64,000 bases of DNA from an uncultured virus (IMG/VR IMGVR_UViG_3300020048_000013) (IMGVR_UViG_3300020048_000013); one strand, 5' to 3'; shown: positions 41,279 to 51,669, counted from the first letter of the stretch. Notes: generated from the letters alone by a model not told the origin. Numbers and translations: made by a program.

Positions 41279-42713
41279 TTATCCTTATATTTCGTCAAAA
41301 AAATTGTTATTATGATACGGAAATTCTTCAAATATTCTTTTTTCTGCAAGTTTAGCATATTCTTCATTCAATTCTATACCAACATATTTCTTGCCTTGAT
41401 TTATTGCTTCTATTGCTGTTGTTCCAGACCCCATAAAAGGATCTAATACTATTCCTGCTTCGAAAGGAGCATTGCAGTCACAAGTAGCAATATTATTAAA
41501 TTCGCTTATTTTCGACATACTATTAAGAATATTTCTTTTTGTGTCGGATGCATTAGGCAATCCGTTACTTTCATAATCTTTAATAGCATTACCATCATAT
41601 TTTTCAACTTCACCAAAACCAACAACTTCTTTATAGTAAATCTTAGGTTTTCCGCACACAGAACACTGTTCCAAAGGACAACCAGCATCTATAGGAGTTT
41701 TACATAGCTCTAAAGGAAATGTTGCAAAATGTGCTTCCCTATATGGTTTTGTGTTTATATTCCAAGTGGTTCTTTTATTCTTACCCAAAGGATTTGGTCT
41801 CATCGATCTTTCTCTTTCAGGATATCCTATTCTTGCTATATGAGGATTATTATTTTTATATGGTTCTTTATTATTTTCTCCAGTATTTGCTCCGTCTGCA
41901 TGATATTTTCCATGATATTCTTTTACTTCTTCACCACCCCATCTATCAAGAGGTTCTGTATATGGATCAAATTGCTGTTTAAAATAATATTTTTTATTTT
42001 TAGTAAAGAAATATACTTTTTCAAAATCGACAGTAAATCTATCAGAAGCAGAAGACGGCATGACATTATTTTTTTTCCAAATTATTTCGTTTCTCAAAGT
42101 CCATCCTCTATTCTGCATCTCTATACTAAATCGTGCTGGAATATTACATAAATTTTTATGCATTTCTTTTGTAGTTCCACGAAGTTCGTTGGCTTCCTGT
42201 ATTCCAGTCGAATCAGAAATTTCTTCTTCTGTCTTAGGATTTAAATTGTCGTTAACAAAACCACTTCCGCTTTTTGTTCCGTATGTATCTCCGATATTAA
42301 CATAAATAGATCCATCTTCTCTAATAACTCTTTTAATTTCATCAAAAATATCACACAAATGCTTGATATATAAATCGAAGGTTGGTTCATTTCCCAATTC
42401 CCCACGCCAGCATCCGCACTTATTACAAAAATTAGAAGTAGCAGAAAAATGTATATCTTTGTTATGGCTATCCAACGCACCATTAGGTCCGCCGTCACTA
42501 ACCATACGAATTTCTTCTCCCCATACATGTTCACAATCTTTATCTCCATCCCACAATTGAGCAGCAGTCTTATAATTTCTCAATGCCCAATAAGGAGGAC
42601 TTGTCATGACCATATTAATACTATTATCTGGGAATGTTTTTAATACATCCAAAACATTCCCAACATATATTTTATTGGTTTTCATATTATCCTTATATTT
42701 CGTCAAAAAAATT
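41279..42713. repeat. 27-bp perfect direct repeat (41279-41305 and 42687-42713) flanking the methyltransferase gene
   Basis: ttatccttatatttcgtcaaaaaaatt at both sites; 18-nt partial third copy at 40296-40313. Confidence 0.9.
41285..42685 (-). CDS. DNA amino-methyltransferase (SPPY, probably N4-cytosine, beta class) with Cys-rich insertions
   Basis: TSPPY, HFATFP, VLDPFMGSGTT, GIELN; start chosen at MKTNKIY behind AAGGA. Confidence 0.92.
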   Translation of the reverse strand: MKTNKIYVGNVLDVLKTFPDNSINMVMTSPPYWALRNYKTAAQLWDGDKDCEHVWGEEIRMVSDGGPNGALDSHNKDIHFSATSNFCNKCGCWRGELGNEPTFDLYIKHLCDIFDEIKRVIREDGSIYVNIGDTYGTKSGSGFVNDNLNPKTEEEISDSTGIQEANELRGTTKEMHKNLCNIPARFSIEMQNRGWTLRNEIIWKKNNVMPSSASDRFTVDFEKVYFFTKNKKYYFKQQFDPYTEPLDRWGGEEVKEYHGKYHADGANTGENNKEPYKNNNPHIARIGYPERERSMRPNPLGKNKRTTWNINTKPYREAHFATFPLELCKTPIDAGCPLEQCSVCGKPKIYYKEVVGFGEVEKYDGNAIKDYESNGLPNASDTKRNILNSMSKISEFNNIATCDCNAPFEAGIVLDPFMGSGTTAIEAINQGKKYVGIELNEEYAKLAEKRIFEEFPYHNNNFFDEI

Positions 42714-43823
42714 ATTTTTTTTCTCGAAACTCCATCCGACATCATCCATCAATCTATTTAACGGAGCAACAAAAACTTTATCCCACATAGTATCATAATC
42801 AATATGGTCTTTAACTATATCATATAACATTGGGGGAAACTTATCTTGTAAATTTATAGCAATACTATTCAATCCAATTTTAGCTTCTCCGATTTCGTCA
42901 AGATAACATATCGCAATTTTAGCACCACTATAAATTTTTTGATAATCCATGCTCAAATTATTATCTTCCAAAAAACTATTATAAACCATAGAAGATTTTA
43001 CATGTCTCGGAGCACCTTTTTCTCCAATTTTATATTTATCCATATCCTGAACAGATGTCGGTTTTGCTATATCCAACATATCTAATTTCATAAATTCTTT
43101 TTTACATTTATTAATATATTCAATCATTTCGTCATTAGTTCCGTCGAATATAATTCTCAAGGAGTCATAAATTTTATCCCTAACCCAAACTGGAGAATCT
43201 CCGCGAATTATTTCCATTCCTTTTATTTTGAAATTATACTGTTTTTTATCGTAAAATAATCCTTTATGTAATATAAGTCTTGCGATATATTTCTTCGGAC
43301 TATGCATAATGATTTGATCACAATAAGATTCTATATCCATCTTCATGAGATTTTTAACATTCATTTTTTTAGCAAAATCTTCAAAAAATTCTTTTATGTT
43401 TGGTGCTATTTTTTTATTTACATAAGCAGTAGTTTTCTCGACAAAATCTTTAGAATCACTACATTCGATGGATGGAATAGTTATAAACATAGAATCTGTA
43501 TCGTTATAAAAAACTTTCGCTTCGTTCAATAACTTCTCGTCGATATATGCAGAAGAACCACGAACACATAATTGTCCGCAAGAAGTAACCGATTCTGCAT
43601 TGACTGGATGATTTATCGGACTATGTTTCTCTTTCATTATGCCATATAAAGCGTTGATTATTTTTGCTTTGTATATGTCATTTTCAATATCCCAGAATTG
43701 TTTAAATTCTGAGATTTTGTTTGTCAAAGCCACCAAGTCCGATATGTCCAATTCCTTTAAATTTATAGTAGATAATGAATCAAAACAATTTTTGTAATTC
43801 ATTTTTTGTAAATCTATATTCAT
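42693..43823 (-). CDS. gp43: Family B DNA polymerase, C-terminal part (motifs B and C, thumb); gp43B-like
   Basis: IINALYG, AESVTSCGQ, YNDTDS, KKY, IKGMEIIRGDSP; lacks exonuclease and motif A. Confidence 0.9.
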   Translation of the reverse strand: MNIDLQKMNYKNCFDSLSTINLKELDISDLVALTNKISEFKQFWDIENDIYKAKIINALYGIMKEKHSPINHPVNAESVTSCGQLCVRGSSAYIDEKLLNEAKVFYNDTDSMFITIPSIECSDSKDFVEKTTAYVNKKIAPNIKEFFEDFAKKMNVKNLMKMDIESYCDQIIMHSPKKYIARLILHKGLFYDKKQYNFKIKGMEIIRGDSPVWVRDKIYDSLRIIFDGTNDEMIEYINKCKKEFMKLDMLDIAKPTSVQDMDKYKIGEKGAPRHVKSSMVYNSFLEDNNLSMDYQKIYSGAKIAICYLDEIGEAKIGLNSIAINLQDKFPPMLYDIVKDHIDYDTMWDKVFVAPLNRLMDDVGWSFEKKNNFFDEI

Positions 43824-43831
43824 ATTTGTCC

Positions 43832-44581
43832 TTAGTTTGTTTTATCTAGGAGAGTTAAAATCATATATTTAACACCACTATTCAAACCTTTGAACAATAT
43901 TGCTTTTTCTAATACTGTTATTTCGTAAGTATCTTCTACGAACATTTCGATATTCAATTCAAATCTTATAAATTTTCCATTCTTCATTGCGTTCAAATTA
44001 ATAAATTCTATGTTTCCGTTTATTTCGATTTCAGCACTATCAGAATTTGCAGTAAAATCATCAGCAACCTTCACACTAATAGAATTGTCTTTCTTACTAT
44101 AAACATAAATATATTTTTTATTAAGAATTTTTTGATTTTTTATCAGATTCGTCATGACAGACCAATCTATCGAAAATCTGGCACTATCGGCCATTGTATA
44201 AATTTTGTTAAATTTGCTTTCAGAATCAACACATGGAATTAGATTTTTTTCTTCTGGAGTTAAATAAATTTTAATTGTAAATTTGTTATCCAAATCAATT
44301 ACATCAACATAAGTATCATAAATCTTCAAATCATAATTCTTTATAGTCTTTAATAGTTGTAGTAACTTTTTAATATTAAAAAATCCTATTTTTTTATCAA
44401 AATTATGAGGATTGTCTAATTTAACAAAAGCCATTTTGCTAATACTACTAATATTTCCAGAATTATCAATCTTTCCATCAATAACACTAATTCTGTCTGA
44501 TTCAATAAACATTTTTTCATTAATACATGAAAATTTATCAAGTATCAATATTTCTTTTTCTGTTGGTTTGTAACTACCCAT
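43832..44581 (-). CDS. gp45: Sliding clamp
   Basis: ILDKFSCINE...IGFFNIKKLL pattern, size, adjacent to the polymerase. Confidence 0.7.
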   Translation of the reverse strand: MGSYKPTEKEILILDKFSCINEKMFIESDRISVIDGKIDNSGNISSISKMAFVKLDNPHNFDKKIGFFNIKKLLQLLKTIKNYDLKIYDTYVDVIDLDNKFTIKIYLTPEEKNLIPCVDSESKFNKIYTMADSARFSIDWSVMTNLIKNQKILNKKYIYVYSKKDNSISVKVADDFTANSDSAEIEINGNIEFINLNAMKNGKFIRFELNIEMFVEDTYEITVLEKAILFKGLNSGVKYMILTLLDKTN

Positions 44582-44636
44582 TTTTAAAATCTCCTTTTTA
44601 TTTTGTTTTTATGAAATATTTAAATCATATAGTAAT

Positions 44637-44665
44637 AATATAACACTTTTTTATATAATTGTCAA
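44637..44665 (-). promoter_or_regulatory. sigma70-type promoter for the replication operon
   Basis: TTGACA-N17-TATATT. Confidence 0.8.
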
Positions 44666-44907
44666 GCATTATTTTCACTTTTTTTAATATAATTCAAGCC
44701 ATTCCATTTAATAATAACATATTCTTGCATTTTTGATAATATGCTGATATCATTTTTTCTCGGATCTTGTATAGACAATGCTTTATCATAAACTTCTTTT
44801 TTACAATCATCACAACACACGAAATATCCGAAATGAGAATGTTGGAAAGAACACATATTTGTTTTTTCTGATCCACAAGAACATTTTTCAATTTTCAATT
44901 TTTCCAT
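44662..44907 (-). CDS. Lar-like zinc-finger protein
   Basis: CSCG...CDDC...KWN. Confidence 0.55.
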   Translation of the reverse strand: MEKLKIEKCSCGSEKTNMCSFQHSHFGYFVCCDDCKKEVYDKALSIQDPRKNDISILSKMQEYVIIKWNGLNYIKKSENNA

Positions 44908-44919
44908 TTTTCTCCTTTT

Positions 44920-44950
44920 AAAACAAAGTCCGCCTATTTCTAAGCGGACT
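44920..44950 (-). terminator. Intrinsic terminator
   Basis: AGTCCGCTTA-GAAA-TAGGCGGACT-TTGTTTT. Confidence 0.75.
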
Positions 44951-45060
44951 GAGAGCTCAATTCTCCTCAGTTGGTGAATGAGACATTCGGTTTGTTCGAT
45001 AACTCAAAAGCCAGCCAATTTAAGGAATAAACCGATAAATAACCTCGACTGGAAATCCCA

Positions 45061-45312
45061 TTATTTTACAATAGGTGTTTCGACTGATTTAACTACTTCC
45101 GGAACTACTTCTGGAACTTTCGTAACGACTGTAGTAGAATCTTCAACTACAACATTGACTACATCAGTAGGTATTGCTATAGGTGTCACAGCGTTTTCTG
45201 AAATTACTCCATTCGCGTAAAAATAGTTGCTAAACCATCCGATAGTGAATACTATCAGAGCGTAAGCAAATTTTTTCAGCATTGTTGATTTTGTTTTTGT
45301 TTCTGTTGTCAT
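45061..45312 (-). CDS. Small membrane/secreted protein
   Basis: N-terminal TM, V/T/P-rich tail, AGGAG RBS. Confidence 0.6.
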   Translation of the reverse strand: MTTETKTKSTMLKKFAYALIVFTIGWFSNYFYANGVISENAVTPIAIPTDVVNVVVEDSTTVVTKVPEVVPEVVKSVETPIVK

Positions 45313-45351
45313 TTTTGTTACTCCTTTGTTAGGTTTATTTGACTCACTTAT

Positions 45352-46835
45352 TTATAATTTTGTTTTAGATTTTAGAAAATTTATTTTTTCATCAATATCC
45401 AAAACTTGATTCATGTAATCTGTTTTCATGACCCAATCTTCTGTCGTTCCTATCATGAAAACGAGACCTTTTTTTTCTTCTTCTAATAATTTGATTTCAG
45501 ATTTAACATCAATCTGTTCGATGTTTTTCATTTTATTTCTCCTTTNNNNNNNNNNATTTTTCTTCAATATAACGTTTTAATTTTAGAGCTTCTACATTGC
45601 TTAATGCCATATTATCTGTGTAAATAAGTCCTGTTTTAATATGCCACAAAGCATACTTTATTCTTTCCCAAAGAGAGCGAGAGTTGTCGTATTGATACCC
45701 ATAAGAATACATGGCGAGATCAAAACATTGATGTTTTTCGTCTTTTTCAATCCTAAGAACTTCATTTCCGCATCTACATTGAATCCATTCTTGTTTTTGT
45801 GTTGAATCAACCATTATTTATCTCCGATTTATTTTTATATAACTCAATAAACTTTTGAAGTCCTATTTTTTTGGCTTCGTCAACATAGACCCAAAAATCA
45901 TTAATATTATCTCGCAAATCCCAATATGCCGACATTTTTAAAGTTTCTTTATCATATCCTTTTTCGATAACTCTGGTGACAATAAAAATAACTTCATCCA
46001 TATCAGCAGTCGTTCGACCACCACCAATACTACAATATACTTCGGGTTTTTGTTTTTTAGTAAATATCATTTTTTATCCCAATTCATAATTTCATTCCAT
46101 ATCATCTGTACTCGCTTATATTCTTCTATTTGTCTTTGTCTATCAATATCTCGTTCTATCATTTCTCTCCGCCTTTCGCGTTCCAATTCTAGTGGTGTCG
46201 GGTCGTTTATGTCAGACCAAATTTTTTCTTGTTCTATTCTATATTTTTCTGCTTCTATTGTTCCTTGCGTTTTTTCCAACCATTTATACTTATCCATAAA
46301 CATATAACCACATTTTTCCATAGATTCTCTTACACAATCAGAATAATAAATTTTCCCGATGGTGGATTCTACGAAAAGACACCAAGCTTGATAAAACATA
46401 TAAATAAAGCAAACAAATGCTAATAGTTGAGCAAAAATCATTTACTATTCCTTTCGAGTTTTAATTTCTTCGCACCTTCTTTAAACCATTTTTCCCAATC
46501 TTTTTCAAATTCTGGTATAATATCAACTATAAAGTCTGGTTGTCTGTTATAACAATAACTAATATATCTTTTGAATTTTTTCTCCAATTTTCGTGTAATT
46601 TCTAATTGGGCATCAAAATCCAAATCTTTCCAAGCTATATTAGTCATTATACTTCCTCTGTTTTGAGTATTTCTAATAATTTATCATATTCTTTTATAAG
46701 AATAGGAGCCACTGTCGACCACTGATGATGGCCAGCTCTTGAATACGAAGGATTTATTAACTTTGGTTTGTGATATTGTTCCAACCCAATTTTTAATTCT
46801 TTTCTTTGATTTTCAATATAATCAATTATTTTCAT
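45352..46835 (-). other. Run of six small hypothetical genes (45352-, 45533-, 45807-, 46067-, 46438-, 46647-)
   Basis: Contiguous minus-strand ORFs with overlapping start/stop codons. Confidence 0.6.
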
Positions 46836-47162
46836 TATTAATTCCTTTCTTTACAGAATTTACAGTTTCCTTTGTGGGTCAATGATGTCGACCCAGTAAC
46901 CATCGGTTGATATGACTGAATATATTCACAACTATCCAAAACAACAACTCTATAATTTATTTCCCATTTTCTTTTATTCAATTATTATATTAANNNNNNN
47001 NNNAAACAACAACTCTATAATTTATCTTATATGTTGTTTCTTCTGTATATGGACAGATTGTTTTTCTGTTTGTTGTATTACCATATTCCCACATTTTATG
47101 TAATCCTATACTCACACCCCAACAAGAGGCGACTATAACCATAGCTATTAATACGGCTTTTA

Positions 47163-48503
47163 TCATACTTCATCTCCTGTTTGTTCTTCCATATCTTCGA
47201 CTCCTTTATCAAGATTATCTGTTTCTGCTTTAAGGAAAGTAAAAGATTTGAATTTAAATGCTTCTCCTGTATCTTCAAGTCTCACAACAACACCTTCAGT
47301 AGGAACTTTATTTCTACACATAGGTTCATCAAATTCCAAGTATTTTTCTCTCAATTTTATGAGAACATTTTCATGCCAATGTTGTTCTGTAGAAATTTCT
47401 GGAAATAAATTTCTAAAAGTTCCATAATATAATTCTGGAACTGGTTTTAATCCTCTCAAATTACACCAATTCTGAACTTGTTTTGCAGAAAACTCAAAAA
47501 CATTTCCGATAGCATTAGTATAAGTTATTCTATAAATGTATATTGCGTGTTGATTTTCTGCGCAACCATAATCAAAAGGTTTTTGAATAGATGCTCCTGT
47601 TGACAGATATCCAACAACTTCTGCGTAAATAGTCATGCCGTCTACTAAAAATTCTTTCAACTCATCGTTAGAAGTTTTGTAAATATTTTCTTTTATAGTT
47701 CCGCCATAGAAAGAATTAAACTCTTTTTCTCCTTCTTCAAATTGATTTTGAACTACTTTTCTTGATGAATAAATATTTCCAAATTCAGTAGTAATTACAT
47801 TTGCACCAAGTTTCTGTAAAATTCTTTGCCAAACAGAAAGTTTCTTTTTGACTAAAACTTTAGAAACTACTAAAGAAGTTCCGTGAAGTTTTCTTGTAAT
47901 AGACACTATAGTATCTGGATTAAATAAATGAATATTTTTACCAAGTTGAGAAGTGTCGTAATGTAGTCTGAATTGGTTATCAACTAATCTCGAAACTCTT
48001 TTAACTTTACCTTTACCATTAGCATTTCCTTGTCCTGGAGTTCTTTGATTTTTAGGTATATATTTTCTGCAAATTTCAAAATCTGCCCAGAAATCAAAAG
48101 AATCGCCAATATTTAATAATTCTCTATGTGCTTTCCCCATTGCGAATGTTAGATAATCAATTGGGCAGAAAAATCCCATTGAAGGATTTCCTTGTAATTT
48201 TTGACATTTGACTCTACCATTTTCTTCAAATAATCCTTTGTGAGTGATATCTTTGTTTATTTCTAATTTTCTGTAAAGAGAGTTTTCAAACAGAAATTCT
48301 TTTGATAATTGAGTTTCGACAGGAAAAAATAAACCAACATCACCAACTTTTGTGTCTTTTCCAATTACTACATTATTTCCGAAGATAGTAGTTGCTTGAA
48401 TTGTGTTGCACGGTTCTCCCTTAGCAGTAAACATAGGGATAATATTTTTAATTTCTACTACTGTTGCCGTGTAGTTAATATTTTTTGGTGTTTTAAATTC
48501 CAT
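47163..48503 (-). CDS. RNA ligase (Rnl2/DRB0094-like) with N-terminal OB-like domain
   Basis: Nucleotidyltransferase motifs TRKLHGTS, IYAEVVG, EGVVVR, FKFKS; start chosen by RBS at MEFKTP. Confidence 0.85.
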   Translation of the reverse strand: MEFKTPKNINYTATVVEIKNIIPMFTAKGEPCNTIQATTIFGNNVVIGKDTKVGDVGLFFPVETQLSKEFLFENSLYRKLEINKDITHKGLFEENGRVKCQKLQGNPSMGFFCPIDYLTFAMGKAHRELLNIGDSFDFWADFEICRKYIPKNQRTPGQGNANGKGKVKRVSRLVDNQFRLHYDTSQLGKNIHLFNPDTIVSITRKLHGTSLVVSKVLVKKKLSVWQRILQKLGANVITTEFGNIYSSRKVVQNQFEEGEKEFNSFYGGTIKENIYKTSNDELKEFLVDGMTIYAEVVGYLSTGASIQKPFDYGCAENQHAIYIYRITYTNAIGNVFEFSAKQVQNWCNLRGLKPVPELYYGTFRNLFPEISTEQHWHENVLIKLREKYLEFDEPMCRNKVPTEGVVVRLEDTGEAFKFKSFTFLKAETDNLDKGVEDMEEQTGDEV

Positions 48504-48516
48504 TATTTCTCTCCTT

Positions 48517-50044
48517 TTATTTCCAATTTTCACAATTAGATTTTGTGTTTTGAAGTCTTGTTTCTGTTTTATCACGACCATCCCACTGAATACAATACAT
48601 CTTATATTCTTCGTGTTTATCACTATTAATAAAATTTTTACAAGTGTTACAACTTTTAGTGTTTGGATTATGAGCACATTGTTTTTCGTGTTCATTCATA
48701 TTTAATTCATTAGACATTATACATTTACAATAACTACATTCAAATAATTTTTTCATATTAATACTCCATTGTGTTAAATATAGTTATTATGTTTTCTCCA
48801 TCCCACACATCAACCACTAACGGGTACCCACATTTTTTCTCTATAGCTATTAATTCATCTAAAGAATTTATCTCAATATCAATATCATTTACGTTGTCAT
48901 ATTCATCAAACGACAATCCTACAGATTTTAATTGGTCTCTTTCTTCTTTACGCAGTGGGCTAATTTTACCTTCACTGCTTTGAAGTTTGAATTTCATCGT
49001 TCTCTCCTGTTATCAAATTTTTAATCGCTTCAACAAAATCATCACAATAAAAAATCACACTGTCGTCCATATTACAATCATCACAATAACCCAAATTTAT
49101 ATTAACAGAACCTACCAGAAATGTGTTATTTCCGTCTCCGAAAAAATCATCACCGGTTTTTACGAGCATTCCGGGTTTAAGATTTGTTACACCCGATTCG
49201 TATTTCTTCCAATTCATTATTTCTCTCCTTCTATATCGTATTGTATTTCCAATGAATCCACATTAAATTCGTGTTTTGGTTTTTTTCCTGTTATTATAGT
49301 TGGACTATATGTAGTTCCGCTTTGACTGTTTCTAATTCTATTTTCTCTTTGGCAAATTATACATGCTTCATGTGCGTTTTTTGCTTGTACGAAATAAACA
49401 CCATCGGCATTAAGCGAGTCTTTTACTATAATTTTATACTTCATTATTCCTCTCCTTTTATTTTATAGTTAGCCATAAACCACACTAAGAATGAAGTACA
49501 TATAGCTACTGGCCACAGCCATTCGCGATAAATGGTCTCGTTGGAAAGTTTTAAACCCAAATACACAATCGACGGTATTAAAAACACATGCATAGTTGTT
49601 GAAGGCAATGCGTATTTTCGTTTAATTATTTTCATTTTCTAATTTTCTCCCAAGTTCTTGTGTTATCGCTATTTGTAATCAATTCGTATTTAGCTTGTCC
49701 TAAAAGTGCATCTATTGTTCCTGACATAAGTAACCAACAAATCGCACTCAAATACCATATAAAACTAGAGAATGTAAATTCTTCTTCTTTCAATGTAATC
49801 ACGGTAGCGATTATCATGGTAGCGAACAGCATTATTATTTTTAACGTTATTAATATCATTTTATTTCTCCCCTTTTTTCTTCTTTAACCATTTTATCATA
49901 CAGATCTAACAACAATCTTATAGCAGTATCTTTACTAAAATTTTCTTCATATTCGGAATGAGAACCAGTCCAACACCAGCCACCAATTACAGATTCTACT
50001 AAAATACAATCAACTTCTTTTTCAAAATCTTCCCTAGATATCAT
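48517..50044 (-). other. Run of seven small hypothetical genes, two of them membrane proteins
   Basis: Contiguous minus-strand ORFs 48517-50044 behind a sigma70 promoter. Confidence 0.6.
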
Positions 50045-50072
50045 TTTTCTCTCCTGTTTTAAATTCTAAGGT

Positions 50073-50101
50073 AATATAACAAATGTTTTTAGTAATGTCA
50101 A
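50073..50101 (-). promoter_or_regulatory. sigma70-type promoter
   Basis: TTGACA-N17-TATATT. Confidence 0.8.
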
Positions 50102-50108
50102 GTGTTTT

Positions 50109-50774
50109 TTAATTAATACTCCGTGTATTAACTCTTTTTCCACAATCAGAACAATAATCGACGTTGATACTATCGCCATAAGGAAACACATTTGTTTCTA
50201 TTTCTGTTCGTATATTATCATGAGAACAAACATTTAGTATATCAATAGCTTTTTGAGCAAGTTCGTCTGTCAATCCTGTTCTCCAAGAAGTATTCACAAA
50301 ATAACAACTTGGGTATATATCACAATCATCATCAATCATAACATATTTAAGATCTTCCCGATCTGAATATTCTTTATAGTTGGCATATATCCACTCTTGG
50401 ATTTCTATACCTCTGGGAACATGAGACTTTATTTCTATATTACTTTTCCCATGTTTTAAGTCCCATATTGTTGGTGTAATTCCTACCACTTCTCCGATAA
50501 TACCAACATCTTTTAAAATATCTTTAATGTTTGGCATATTTCTCCATACAGACGAAACGACGATTTTAGCACCAGTTTCTTTAATAATTTTATTAAGTCG
50601 TGCTACCGCATCGGGATCGAATTCCCAAGCATCGTGTTGTATATCAGACATATGTTTTTTATTATCCAAATACTCTTTGAATTCTGGCATCACATATCTT
50701 TTTTTATACCAATTTTCCGAATTAAGTACTCCATCAATATCTAAAAAAATGATTTTATCATATTTTTTAGGCAT
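50109..50774 (-). CDS. HAD-family phosphatase (RNA-repair HAD_SAK-like) with C-terminal Zn ribbon
   Basis: IFLDIDGVLN, IVVSSVWR, RGIEIQEW, YVMIDD, GLT. Confidence 0.85.
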   Translation of the reverse strand: MPKKYDKIIFLDIDGVLNSENWYKKRYVMPEFKEYLDNKKHMSDIQHDAWEFDPDAVARLNKIIKETGAKIVVSSVWRNMPNIKDILKDVGIIGEVVGITPTIWDLKHGKSNIEIKSHVPRGIEIQEWIYANYKEYSDREDLKYVMIDDDCDIYPSCYFVNTSWRTGLTDELAQKAIDILNVCSHDNIRTEIETNVFPYGDSINVDYCSDCGKRVNTRSIN

Positions 50775-50801
50775 ATTTACACCTCCTTTTTAATTTGTGA
50801 C

Positions 50802-50830
50802 AATATACTAAACAAAAATCATAAAGTCAA
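50802..50830 (-). promoter_or_regulatory. sigma70-type promoter
   Basis: TTGACT-N17-TATATT. Confidence 0.7.
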
Positions 50831-50840
50831 CAGTTATTTT

Positions 50841-51605
50841 TCACATTTTCCATTTTATTTTTCTTCCTTTAAACCATCCTTTATTTATCCAATTCGACAA
50901 TTCTTCTTTTTTAATTTTTTTATTTTCTTTTAATTCCATGTTATATATCCACAAAGAACCATATGATGGATTATTTTTGGGATTTTTATATCTTTCTTTA
51001 GCATCATCTCCTATTTTTTTCTTAGTTTCTTCGGATAATACTCTATCAAACATTTTATATCGTTCTCTTAAAGAATTACTAATTTTTTTCTTAGTTTCTT
51101 CAGTACATATAGCACCGATTCTTATAAAAACCAATTCGCCACTTAAATATCTCGGATCGTCTATAGAAACTTGATACACTACTCCATTTTCGTCTTTAAC
51201 AGTAACAGTCCCGGAACTATTTCCAACCAATTCGCCACTTAAATATCTCGGATCGTTTTTCGATATATTAAAAAGTTTTCCATCTTTGTCTTTAGCAGTC
51301 AGTCTACCAACAGCAAAACAATCATATCCACCAACACACATATTATAATTATCATCTCTTTTAATAAATTCTTCATTCACTAATTCAATTTCTTTATTAT
51401 TCATTTCTTCAAAACTATCATAATCACAAATAATTTCTTTTGTAAAATTTCCTCTGCCATATTTTTTCTGAGAGTTCTTTAAATAAGTTCCGCTGCCCAT
51501 ATAACCATCGTTAATATTATTAGTAACATGAATGCCAATATAAATCTTTCCATTAATATTATTTGTGATTTTATAAACCAAATAATGTTTCTTCTGTTCT
51601 TCCAT
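50841..51605 (-). CDS. Free-standing GIY-YIG (Seg-like) homing endonuclease
   Basis: VYKITNNINGKIYIG, GYMGSG, YN...GG, NUMOD3-like EETKKKI twice, DPRYLSGELV twice; late promoter upstream. Confidence 0.9.
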   Translation of the reverse strand: MEEQKKHYLVYKITNNINGKIYIGIHVTNNINDGYMGSGTYLKNSQKKYGRGNFTKEIICDYDSFEEMNNKEIELVNEEFIKRDDNYNMCVGGYDCFAVGRLTAKDKDGKLFNISKNDPRYLSGELVGNSSGTVTVKDENGVVYQVSIDDPRYLSGELVFIRIGAICTEETKKKISNSLRERYKMFDRVLSEETKKKIGDDAKERYKNPKNNPSYGSLWIYNMELKENKKIKKEELSNWINKGWFKGRKIKWKM

Positions 51606-51669
51606 AAATAATAACCTTTTTATTATTATTTATAAAAATTCCAACTAAACTTAACTAAAATGGAATAAA

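Noticed and set aside
44950..44990. Hammerhead core CUGAGGA
   Set aside because: No correctly placed stem II-GAAA and cleavage triplet.
46938..47026. Direct repeat aaacaacaactctataatttat
   Set aside because: The copies flank an N gap; probably mis-joined contig ends.
51130..51260. About 30-nt direct repeat in the GIY-YIG gene
   Set aside because: Encodes a duplicated DPRYLSGELV module, ordinary for these endonucleases.
50841..51605. Group I intron around the homing endonuclease
   Set aside because: No interrupted gene on either side; the ORF has its own late promoter and is free-standing.
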